From NCBI GenBank assembly GCA_963809895.1, contig CAWELD010000003.1, positions 1,632,001 to 1,696,000 of the forward strand: a DNA stretch of 64,000 bases, written 5' to 3'. Under the pieces are notes generated by a model that saw only the letters and a list, made by a program, of their open reading frames with translations, was not told the origin of the DNA and did no database searches. Numbering within the stretch: position 1 is the stretch's first letter; every line of letters starts with the position of its first letter. This document shows positions 41,526 through 50,034 of this stretch, piece after piece. Position numbers and translations under genes: made by a program. The stretch comes from an uncultured Gemmatimonadales bacterium. Its GTDB lineage: Bacteria; Gemmatimonadota; Gemmatimonadetes; Longimicrobiales; Gaopeijiaceae.

Positions 41526-43514
41526 TCAGCGCAGCGCACGGAGTCGCTCCGTGACATCGGCGAAGTTGATGTCCAGGGAGAAGACCCTGTCGTAGAACTC
41601 CACGGCCTGGGCCGTGTTCCCCTGCTCCTCATAGGCGCGACCGAGGAAGTAGTAGATGCCCAGGAGCTCGTCTTCGACCTCCCACGGGGCGTCGAGCGCA
41701 CGAGTCAGCACCCGGACGGCCGCCGCGGGGGTGCCCTTGTCCAGGAACGCCTGTCCCAGGGCTTCATAGGTCGCGAGGTGGTCCGCCGACGCCCGCAGCG
41801 CTTTCTGAAACTGCTGGATGGCCTCGTCCAGGAGACCCATCTCCTTGTAGGCCGTCCCCAGATCGTGATGGGCCTTCACATCAGACGCGTCCACGTTCGC
41901 CGCGACCTTGGCCTTGAACTGATCGAGCATCTTGGCGAAGTCGGCGTCCTCGTCTCCCGACGGCTCCTCGTAGGCCACCACGAAGCGCGTGGTCTTCTCG
42001 GCGTCCTCGCCGAGAATGAGCGCGCCGAGGTCCACATAGTCCTCCGACGAGGCCACCTCCGGCGCCGGGGCAGCCTCGACGCCCATGCGATCCAGCGCCG
42101 CCAGGGCATCGCGATGCTCGGGCTCCAGGGCGACGACCTGCTGATAGACGCTCCGCGCTCGCTCCTCCTGCCCGGTCTGCTCCAGCGCCGATGCCAGCTC
42201 CATGTACGCGCGCGCCAGCTCGGCTTCGTCACCCTTGCGGAAGGCGAGCTCCACGGACCGCTGTGCGCTCTCCACCGGATCGGCCGCCGCGTCCGCGTCG
42301 GCCTCATCGGCCTCCGCCACCTCGTGGCGGGCCTCGGGACCCGCGCCCGCCACGGGGAGGGCTTCTGCCACCTCGTCGTCGACCAGGGACTCCTCGTAGG
42401 CGTCCTCGAGAGCGCTGCGCACTTCCATCGAAGTCACTTGGGCCCCTTCCTCTCCCCGCGGAGCCACCTCGGCTTCTTCCATCTCGTCCTGGGATTCCGC
42501 CAGCTCCTCGGTGCCTTCGAGCAGGGGGAGCGACCGAGGACCCTCGACGTCGTCGTCGTCCGCTTCCTCGTCGTCGTCGAAGGTCATGAAGGGCAGCGGG
42601 ATCGCGTCCTCGCCCTGGCCCTCGTCTCCGTCGTCGTACCCGTGGGCCGCGGGCGCCGAAAACTCCTCCGGTTCCGCCGCAGTCGTGCCAGCGTCGACCT
42701 CGGCTGCCTCGTCCGCCTCTTCGTCGGGAGCCAGGGCGATCTCGAAGTCCTCCAGCGACGGGCCCTCGTCGGCGTCCGCCCGAGACGGCGGCGGAGCCGG
42801 ACCCAGCGCGTCCAGGTCTCCCAGGAGGTCGTCCTCGTTTCCGGCGAGCGCCGTGCTCTCGAGCCCCGGGGCGGACCCGGCCGTGGCAAGGGCGTCCAGG
42901 TCCACGGATTCGTCGATGGCCTTGAGGCGCTCTCCCACCTCTCGAGCCTGCTCCGTCTCTCCGGCGCGCATGAGCGTGCCGTATGCCAGGCCGAGTTGGT
43001 GCACGGCCTTGTCCGGCTGATCGTGCTGCTCGTATTGGCTGGCGATGGAGAGGCGGATCTCGGCGTCTTCCGGCACCAGGTCGGCGAACTCCACCAGGGC
43101 ACGGAGCGCCTCGTCCAGATCGCCGGCGGACGTCATGAATTCGGCGTAGCGCAGGAAGTTCTCACGGGCGTCGACCACGAAGCCCTGGCGGGCGCGGATC
43201 AATCCCATGCGCAGGAAGACCCGGTGCCGCTCCGGCGCGTTCCGGATGATCTTCTTGCAAACCGCGATGGCGTTGTTGGGAAGATCGGCTTCCTCGTAGA
43301 GATCCACCGCGGTCTCGTAGTGCTCCACGGCGGCGTCCATCTGACCGACCCTGGTGAAGAGGTCGCCCACCCGGTTGTACAGGGTGATGTCGGGCCGATC
43401 TTCCTCTTCCAGCTTTCTGATGGCCCGGCCGTATAGCTCGAGCGCTTTGCGCCATTCCTCGGCCTGCTCGTGCTGGCGGGCCTTGTCCTTTAGCGCTTCA
43501 ATGGTGGCTGTCAT
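41526..43514 (-). CDS. Large TPR protein with central acidic disordered region
   Basis: N-terminal TPR array, Asp/Glu-rich middle, C-terminal HHDLGTAYKEMGLLDEAI...F...DINFADV TPR block. Confidence 0.85.
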   Translation of the reverse strand: MTATIEALKDKARQHEQAEEWRKALELYGRAIRKLEEEDRPDITLYNRVGDLFTRVGQMDAAVEHYETAVDLYEEADLPNNAIAVCKKIIRNAPERHRVFLRMGLIRARQGFVVDARENFLRYAEFMTSAGDLDEALRALVEFADLVPEDAEIRLSIASQYEQHDQPDKAVHQLGLAYGTLMRAGETEQAREVGERLKAIDESVDLDALATAGSAPGLESTALAGNEDDLLGDLDALGPAPPPSRADADEGPSLEDFEIALAPDEEADEAAEVDAGTTAAEPEEFSAPAAHGYDDGDEGQGEDAIPLPFMTFDDDEEADDDDVEGPRSLPLLEGTEELAESQDEMEEAEVAPRGEEGAQVTSMEVRSALEDAYEESLVDDEVAEALPVAGAGPEARHEVAEADEADADAAADPVESAQRSVELAFRKGDEAELARAYMELASALEQTGQEERARSVYQQVVALEPEHRDALAALDRMGVEAAPAPEVASSEDYVDLGALILGEDAEKTTRFVVAYEEPSGDEDADFAKMLDQFKAKVAANVDASDVKAHHDLGTAYKEMGLLDEAIQQFQKALRASADHLATYEALGQAFLDKGTPAAAVRVLTRALDAPWEVEDELLGIYYFLGRAYEEQGNTAQAVEFYDRVFSLDINFADVTERLRALR

Positions 43515-44548
43515 CCGTCGTCGCCAGAACCGGCCTGGGTGAGGGTCCCCCGCCCCAGTCGCGCCGCGGCCGCCCTCACGGACGGTGGCACGACGTCACC
43601 CGCCGACTCGTGCCAGGCGAGCACCTCGTCGAGATCCCGCGCCATGCGGGATCCCAGGTGCTCCACCAGACGGGTCGGGAGGAAGCGGGATGGATCCGCG
43701 TCGAAGAGACCTAATCTGCGGACCGCGGCTTCGAACACAAGTGGCCCGGGGATCATTCCCACGACTTCGGTCCCCAGGATTCGCCCGCCCGCGGCACGCA
43801 CCGCCGCCTCCACCGCCTCGAAGACGGCCAAGGGAGAGCGATGCTCCACGTCTTCCAGGTTCATGGACACCTGTTGGACGCCGGCCCGCTCCAGCGTGAG
43901 GGCGAGCACCCGCAGCCCCGGGAATCCGCCCCCGGTCTCCCGGAGCTTCGACGCGAGCGCCCGGAGGGCCTCCAGGGGCACGCCCTCCACCTGGATGTTC
44001 CACGCCAACAGAAGCGGGCGAGCTCCCACGCAAACGGCTCCCGCCGTGGGATGGGCGCCGCTGCGGCCCCCGTCCAGATCCGGACGGCGGTCCTCCGGGA
44101 AGGCCGGCACCAGCGTCTCGAATCCTCCGCGGCGGATCTCCGCCAGCGTCCGGCCAGGTGGGCTGGAGGCGGCGCCGTAGAAGAACACGGGCATGCCCCG
44201 GTCGGCCAGCCGTCGACCCACACGCCGAGCGCTGGCCACCGCGTCGGGCATCTCCAGGCCGTACAGGGGCACGAACGGAAGCACGTCCACGGCGCCGATC
44301 CTGGGGTGGATCCCCTGGTGCGTGCGGAGGTCGACCCGCTCGAGCGCCACCTCCGCCACCGCCACGGCCGCGGCCTCCACCGAGGCGGGATCCCCGACCC
44401 AGGTCACCACGCTCCGGTGATGGTCGGGATCCCGCGAGCCGTCCAGGACATCCACACCATGGCGCCGGGCCGCGTCGATGACAGCGTCCAGGAACGCGGG
44501 ATCGCGGCCCTCGCTGAAGTTCGGGACCGCTTCGAGGACGGGTACCAT
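43511..44548 (-). CDS. ftcD: Glutamate formimidoyltransferase (FTCD N-terminal type)
   Basis: AVPNFSEGR, DPDHHRSV, HPRIGAVDVLPFVP, GAR...WNI, QVSMNL. Confidence 0.9.
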   Translation of the reverse strand: MVPVLEAVPNFSEGRDPAFLDAVIDAARRHGVDVLDGSRDPDHHRSVVTWVGDPASVEAAAVAVAEVALERVDLRTHQGIHPRIGAVDVLPFVPLYGLEMPDAVASARRVGRRLADRGMPVFFYGAASSPPGRTLAEIRRGGFETLVPAFPEDRRPDLDGGRSGAHPTAGAVCVGARPLLLAWNIQVEGVPLEALRALASKLRETGGGFPGLRVLALTLERAGVQQVSMNLEDVEHRSPLAVFEAVEAAVRAAGGRILGTEVVGMIPGPLVFEAAVRRLGLFDADPSRFLPTRLVEHLGSRMARDLDEVLAWHESAGDVVPPSVRAAAARLGRGTLTQAGSGDDG

Positions 44549-44648
44549 GCTTCAACAGTATCCCTTGCGGGTGCCGGTCGCCAAGACGAACGCCCCGGAC
44601 CTCGACCATCGAAGTCCGGGGCGCGACGTCCGACTCGTCGGCGCGAAC

Positions 44649-45794
44649 TCAGCGAATGGAGATGCTGCCGGGCGCCCTCGGCGCCAGGTTCGGGTTACCG
44701 GGCTGCAGCTGATAGGCCCAGTCGAAGATGACCAGGGGATCCCCGTTCTGGTCGAAGCCCAGGATCTGGATCCGAAGCGTCGCGTAGTGGGACTGCCCGT
44801 CGTCACCCGGCACCCGCAAGACGTAGGTGGTCTCCTGCAGCAGCTCCAGGTCGGCCACGACGTATCCCGTCGTCGGGGCGACGTCCAACGAGGTGCAGGA
44901 AGCGTCAGCGGCTGGACCGCACTTCAACGACGTGGTGGCATACCCGTCGGGATAGACCTGGACGCCAGGTCCCGGCACCAGCCACCATCCGGACTGATCG
45001 GTCTCCAGCCGGAAGTGTCGAGCCGGATCGTCGCCGTCCACCAGCGGATCCTCGTTCTCCGTCTCGCGGAATACGAACCCCGACAGGCTGGGCTGTGCGA
45101 AGTAATCCCAGACCACGTCTCCGTGGAAGTCGGGACGAGGCGTGCCCTCCGCCGCCGAGCTTCCGGAGCTCTCGTGGCCCTGATCGTCCACCGAGGTCAC
45201 GAAATACGTGTAGGTGAGGCCATTTTCCGCCAGCAGGTCCAGGAATCCCTCGGAGTCCGTCTCACCGAGCAGATACGACGAGCCCTGGTAGCTCAGGTAG
45301 ACGCGGTAGAAGGAGAAGTCGTCGGCCGACCGGGCGTTGGCCGCCCAGCGCACGTAGTTGGCGTGATCCAGCGCCACGACCCCGATGCCCGAGGGCACGG
45401 GGGGCGGCACCGGCTGCGGCACGTCGACGCGGATGGCCTCCGACGTGGGCGTCTCGACGCCGGCGTCGTCCACGGCGGCCACGTAGTAGTCGTAGCTGCG
45501 GCCGGGCTGGATGTTGGTATCGCGATAGGAACACACCCCGCCGCTGCAGCTCGTGACCTCGGCCACGAGGAAGTAGTCCGAATCCGTCGATCGCTTGGCG
45601 TAGACCAGAAAGCTCTCGCCGGCCCAGGCGGGCCCGAGCTCCCAGCTCACGTACACCGCCCCGGCGTAGTAGTAGGCGTCCAGGGCACGGGGCGCGTCGG
45701 GCGCTCCTCCCGGGACCACCACCGCGTCGGTGGTGTCGCATCCGCCGGCGGCCAGCGCGAACCCGGCCGCCACACCCATCATCCAGCGCTTCAT
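44649..45794 (-). CDS. Lipoprotein with fibronectin type III-like repeats
   Basis: Lipobox-like AAGGC and two Fn3-type ends (YDYYVAAVDDAGVET, YTYFVTSVDDQGHES). Confidence 0.75.
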   Translation of the reverse strand: MKRWMMGVAAGFALAAGGCDTTDAVVVPGGAPDAPRALDAYYYAGAVYVSWELGPAWAGESFLVYAKRSTDSDYFLVAEVTSCSGGVCSYRDTNIQPGRSYDYYVAAVDDAGVETPTSEAIRVDVPQPVPPPVPSGIGVVALDHANYVRWAANARSADDFSFYRVYLSYQGSSYLLGETDSEGFLDLLAENGLTYTYFVTSVDDQGHESSGSSAAEGTPRPDFHGDVVWDYFAQPSLSGFVFRETENEDPLVDGDDPARHFRLETDQSGWWLVPGPGVQVYPDGYATTSLKCGPAADASCTSLDVAPTTGYVVADLELLQETTYVLRVPGDDGQSHYATLRIQILGFDQNGDPLVIFDWAYQLQPGNPNLAPRAPGSISIR

Positions 45795-45833
45795 GAGAGT
45801 CTCCTGACGTGGTACGTCGACGACCGTGCTGAT

Positions 45834-45849
45834 CGCAGGGGACGTACCA
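45834..45849 (-). promoter_or_regulatory. Candidate sigma54 (-24/-12) promoter for the Fn3 lipoprotein
   Basis: Minus strand TGGTACGTCCCCTGCG has correct GG-N10-GC spacing, about 40 nt before the ATG. Confidence 0.4.
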
Positions 45850-45956
45850 CGAACGTATGTACCTGCAGTTCTTACGGTTACGAGTTCTGACCAAACCAGA
45901 TATGTCCTCTCGAGGTGACAGGTCCGGCGTCACACTGTCGCATTCCAGACGACAGC

Positions 45957-45987
45957 GCGGGCCCGCCCCGGACAGGGACGGGCCCGC
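45957..45987 (-). terminator. GC-rich hairpin downstream of etfA
   Basis: Minus strand GCGGGCCCGTCCC-tgtcc-GGGGCGGGCCCGC. No U-tract. Confidence 0.45.
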
Positions 45988-46021
45988 ACCTGATCCACCG
46001 ACGCCGATGCCCGACGCGGGC

Positions 46022-47014
46022 TCAGCCGCCGTCGCGCAGCGTGCGAACCGCCTCGGTGAGGCGAGGCACGACCTCGAAGAGATCGCCCACGATGCCGTAG
46101 TCGGCGACGTTGAAGATGGGGGCGTCGGGGTCCTTGTTCACCGCCACGATGGTCCCCGAGGTTCGCATGCCCGCCAGGTGCTGGATGGCTCCCGAGATGC
46201 CCACCGCGAAGTAGAGCTTGGGAGAGACCGTCTTGCCCGTTTGACCCACCTGCTCGCCGTGGGGGCGCCAGCCGGCGTCCACGACGGCCCGGGACGCACC
46301 CAGCGCCGCCACGTCCGAACCCAGTGCGTCGCGCAGCTCCTCGAGAAGCGTCCAGTTCTCCGGGTCCTTCATGCCGCGGCCACCGGCCACGACCACCGAG
46401 GCCTCCGCCACGTCCAGGTCACCGCCCCCGGCCGCCTGGAACTCCAGGACCCGGGTCCCCCAGGCGTCACGATCCACCGCGGGCTCGTAGCTCTCGACGG
46501 CGCCGGCACCCTCCGACTCCCGGGGCGGGAACACGTTGGGCCGGAGGGACAGGACGGCAGGGACCGCCTCGAACCGGATCCGGGCGAAGGCCTTCCCGGC
46601 GTAGATCGGCCGCAACGCCGACAACGCGCCGCCGTCGGCGCTCACCTCCGTGACGTCACCGGCCAGCGGGACGTCCAGGAGCGCCGCCACCCGGGGCGCC
46701 AGGTCCTTCCCCAGCGACGTCGCGGAAAAGAGCACCGCGCCGTAGTCACCCGACCGTACCGCCTCGGCCACCACACCGGCGTAGCCTTCGCCGTTGTATC
46801 CGGCCAGGGCCGGGTGCTCCGCGACCCGGACCCGGGCGGCGCCGAAGCGGCCCAGATCGCCGGCGCCGCCGGCGAGCCCGGGACCACCCACGGCCAGGGC
46901 GTGAACCTCTCCACCCAGGTCCGCCGCGAGCCGTGCAGCGGTGGATATCACTTCGTGGGCCACCCCGCGGACGGCCCCGTCTCTCTGCTCAACGAAGGCG
47001 AGAATGTCGCCCAT
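46022..47014 (-). CDS. etfA: Electron transfer flavoprotein alpha subunit
   Basis: [38 protein letters not shown]. Confidence 0.97.
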   Translation of the reverse strand: MGDILAFVEQRDGAVRGVAHEVISTAARLAADLGGEVHALAVGGPGLAGGAGDLGRFGAARVRVAEHPALAGYNGEGYAGVVAEAVRSGDYGAVLFSATSLGKDLAPRVAALLDVPLAGDVTEVSADGGALSALRPIYAGKAFARIRFEAVPAVLSLRPNVFPPRESEGAGAVESYEPAVDRDAWGTRVLEFQAAGGGDLDVAEASVVVAGGRGMKDPENWTLLEELRDALGSDVAALGASRAVVDAGWRPHGEQVGQTGKTVSPKLYFAVGISGAIQHLAGMRTSGTIVAVNKDPDAPIFNVADYGIVGDLFEVVPRLTEAVRTLRDGG

Positions 47015-47028
47015 GTCTGCCTCCTCGC

Positions 47029-47778
47029 TCACAGGACCTTGGCTTCTTCGCGAAGGAGCCGGACCAGCTCCGGCACCGCGTCGGGACCCTCGCCCACCAC
47101 CCTGCCCGCCGGTCGCTCGGGCGGTGGCTCCAGACCCTCCACCACCAGACGCGGCTCGAAGATCTGGGCGTCCTTCTCTTCCAGCGGCTTCCGCTTCGCC
47201 GCCATGATCCCCTTGAGAGAGGCGTAGCGCGGCTCGAACTCCCCCTTGGTCACGGTCACCACGGCGGGCAGCCGAGCTTCCACGATCTCGGTACCTCCCT
47301 CCACCTCTCGATGGCAGACCACGGCGCCATCGTGGAGCTCGAAGCTCCCGACGGCCGTGACGCAGGGGCGGCCCATGAGCGTCGCCACCATGGGCCCCAC
47401 CTGTTGGGCGTCGTCGTCCGCGGCCTTGACCCCGAAGAGGATGAGGGGGGCGTCGTGGCTCTCGAGCTCGGCGGCCAGCGCGCGGGCGGTCGCGAGCCCG
47501 TCCATGGTCACGTCACCCTTGAGGAGCGTGGCGCGATCGGCGCCCATGGCCAGGGTGGAGCGGAGCTGCTCGGCAGCAGCAGCGTCTCCCATGGTGACGA
47601 CCGCCACCTCGCCCTCCCCCGCCGCCTCCTTCGTCCTGAGCGCGCCCTCGACGGCGAACTCGTCGTAGGGGCTCACGATGTACTTGACCCCGCTGGGGTC
47701 GATGGAGGTGCCGTCGCCGGCGATGCGCACCCGCGTCTCGGTGTCGGGTGTCCGCTTGATGCAGACGGTGATGTTCAC
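47029..47778 (-). CDS. etfB: Electron transfer flavoprotein beta subunit
   Basis: VCIKRTPD, PYDEFAVE, LAMGAD, EPRYASLKGIMAAK. Start GTG 47778. Confidence 0.96.
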   Translation of the reverse strand: MNITVCIKRTPDTETRVRIAGDGTSIDPSGVKYIVSPYDEFAVEGALRTKEAAGEGEVAVVTMGDAAAAEQLRSTLAMGADRATLLKGDVTMDGLATARALAAELESHDAPLILFGVKAADDDAQQVGPMVATLMGRPCVTAVGSFELHDGAVVCHREVEGGTEIVEARLPAVVTVTKGEFEPRYASLKGIMAAKRKPLEEKDAQIFEPRLVVEGLEPPPERPAGRVVGEGPDAVPELVRLLREEAKVL

Positions 47779-47905
47779 GTTCGACTCCAGACCTGTTCGG
47801 GAATGGAAGGAGGGTCGGCCAAATCTACCCCCGCCTCCGGAGGGTCTCAACCGGCCGGGAGCCGCCTGGGGCGCTGGCAGGTCGCTGAAGAAGGGGAGCG
47901 ACCTG

Positions 47906-49318
47906 CTACAGCATCGCTCCCACCACCAGGAAGGCCAGTGTGGCGAAGGCACCGCCGACCAGGGCGTAGGGCAACTGCGTGCGCACGTGGTCGATGTGGT
48001 CGGTGGCCGCGGCCATGGAGGCGATGATGGTGGTGTCGCTGATGGGCGAGCAGTGGTCGCCGAAGATGCCCCCGGACAGCGACGCGGCCACGAACGGCGC
48101 CAGCGGGAGCCCCAGGGCTTCGGCGGCCGGCACGGCGATGGGGAGCATGATGCCGAACGTGCCCCAGCTCGTGCCGGTGGAGAAGGCGATGGCCGAGGCC
48201 ACGAGGAAGACGAGAGGCAGGAAGATCACGGGCGGGAGCACGCCCGCCGTCACCTGTGCGACGTAGGGACCCGTCCCCAGCTCCGAAGCCACGTCCTTGA
48301 GAGCCAGGGCCAGCAGGAGGATCAAGGCCAGCGGCACCAGTCCGCCGGCCCCCTTCAGCGCCGTCCGCACCAGCCCGTCCACCGAGTGCCCCTTTCGGCC
48401 CAGCAGCAGCGCCCAGCTCGTGGCCAGACCCACCATGACCGCCCACAGCACCGACGTGCTTCCATCCCCCTCCGTGAGGACACCGTGACCGGTGATGAGC
48501 AGGCCGACGGGCATGAACGCCACCATCGCCGCGATGGGGAGAATCATGTTGCGCGCGCGCGGCTCCACGCCTTCCGCCAGCTTCGGCGACAACACCTCCT
48601 CGTCGATGAGGGGGGTGGCGTCGGGCCACAGCATCCGTCCTTCGCGTGTACGAGCCTCGGCCTTGCGCATGGGTCCGAGATCCCATCCGAAGAGGATGGT
48701 GGCCAGGGCCAGGAGGACCGCCGCGATGGCGTAGAAGTTCAGGAACACGGCCTCCAGGAAGACCTTCAGCGGGTCGGCCACGCCGAGTCCCGAAAGGATG
48801 CCGAGGTTGTAGGCGCCCCAGGCGTTCAACGGAATCAGGATGCAGATGGGCGCCGAGGTCGAGTCGATGATGTAGGCGAGCTTCTCGCGCGAGACCCGGT
48901 GCCGATCCACCAGGGGACGGGCCACGGACCCGGCCACGAGCACGGTGATGTTCGACTCGATGAAGATCACCACCCCCACCGCCCACGCCAGCAGCTGCGC
49001 GCCCCGGCCCGTCCGCACCCAGTTGCGCTCCTCCAGCCACCGCACGAAGCCTCGCACGCCCCCCGAGGACTCCACGGTGGCGATGAGCGCGCCGATGACC
49101 AGGGTGAACAGGATCACCTTGGTCTGACCCGAATCCAGGAACACCGCCACCAGGGCGTCGACGGACGAGGCCATGCCGCTCAACGGATTCCACCCATCGA
49201 GGATGGTCCAGCCCAGCCACACGCCACCGGCCAGCGACAGATAGACCTGCCGGCTCCAGATGGCGAGAACGATGGCCGCCACCGGCGGGAGCACCGAGAT
49301 CCAGGTGGGGTCGCTCAT
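47906..49318 (-). CDS. Na+/H+ antiporter NhaC family transporter
   Basis: SREKLAYIIDSTSAP, FSTGTSWGTFGI, GDHCSPISDTTI, HVRTQLPYA. Confidence 0.92.
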   Translation of the reverse strand: MSDPTWISVLPPVAAIVLAIWSRQVYLSLAGGVWLGWTILDGWNPLSGMASSVDALVAVFLDSGQTKVILFTLVIGALIATVESSGGVRGFVRWLEERNWVRTGRGAQLLAWAVGVVIFIESNITVLVAGSVARPLVDRHRVSREKLAYIIDSTSAPICILIPLNAWGAYNLGILSGLGVADPLKVFLEAVFLNFYAIAAVLLALATILFGWDLGPMRKAEARTREGRMLWPDATPLIDEEVLSPKLAEGVEPRARNMILPIAAMVAFMPVGLLITGHGVLTEGDGSTSVLWAVMVGLATSWALLLGRKGHSVDGLVRTALKGAGGLVPLALILLLALALKDVASELGTGPYVAQVTAGVLPPVIFLPLVFLVASAIAFSTGTSWGTFGIMLPIAVPAAEALGLPLAPFVAASLSGGIFGDHCSPISDTTIIASMAAATDHIDHVRTQLPYALVGGAFATLAFLVVGAML

Positions 49319-49388
49319 GTGCGCACGCTACTCCTCGGGGTTGGGCGAGTCGGCGCGAACGCGACCCGCCGGGTGCCAGCCCGCAAGC

Positions 49389-50021
49389 TCAGCGCGAGAC
49401 CCCCGGGCTACCCTTGACGAAGAACCGCAGGGGCCAGTCGGCGGCTTCGCTCACGCCGATCCTCCCCGATGTACCCACGTGCCGGTCCGCCACCTCCCAG
49501 CCGCGCAACAGCCGGAGCGGTGGGGTGGACAGGTCGTGTCCGTACAGGCGGTCCGAAATCCCCAGTGCCTGACACAGACGCCCGGGCCCGGACGCCAGGT
49601 CCCGGTCCCGTCCACGCCGCCGCGCCATCTCGCCCGCGCCCGTGAGGGGCTCCATCCCGCGGAGCAGGACGGCCCCGGCCTCGCCGTCGGGACCCACCAC
49701 CACGTTCATGCACCAGTGGATCCCGTAGCTGCGATACACGTAGGCGTGACCGGCGGGCCCGAACATGGCCCGGTTGCGGGGTGTCACGCCACTCCGGGTG
49801 GCGGCGTGAGACGCGGGATCGCCGGAGCCCAGGTAGGCCTCGGTCTCGACGATGACGCCCGACGTCACCCTGCCGCCGACCTCCGACACGAGGCGGGCGC
49901 CCAGGAGCTCACGAGCGACGTGCGTGGGGGATGCCGACTCGGGAATGCGGAACACGTCGGGCCGGGGCTCCAGGCCGGATCGCCAGGGAAACCCCGGCCC
50001 GTCATGACCGGTCGCGCTCAC
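49389..50021 (-). CDS. mpg: DNA-3-methyladenine glycosylase (MPG/AAG family)
   Basis: VARELLG, IVETEAY, YVYRSYGIHWCMNVV, AVLLRG, SGPGRLCQALGI, RIGV. Start GTG 50021 with GGGGAG RBS. Confidence 0.93.
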   Translation of the reverse strand: MSATGHDGPGFPWRSGLEPRPDVFRIPESASPTHVARELLGARLVSEVGGRVTSGVIVETEAYLGSGDPASHAATRSGVTPRNRAMFGPAGHAYVYRSYGIHWCMNVVVGPDGEAGAVLLRGMEPLTGAGEMARRRGRDRDLASGPGRLCQALGISDRLYGHDLSTPPLRLLRGWEVADRHVGTSGRIGVSEAADWPLRFFVKGSPGVSR

Positions 50022-50034
50022 GGACTCCCCGGGG

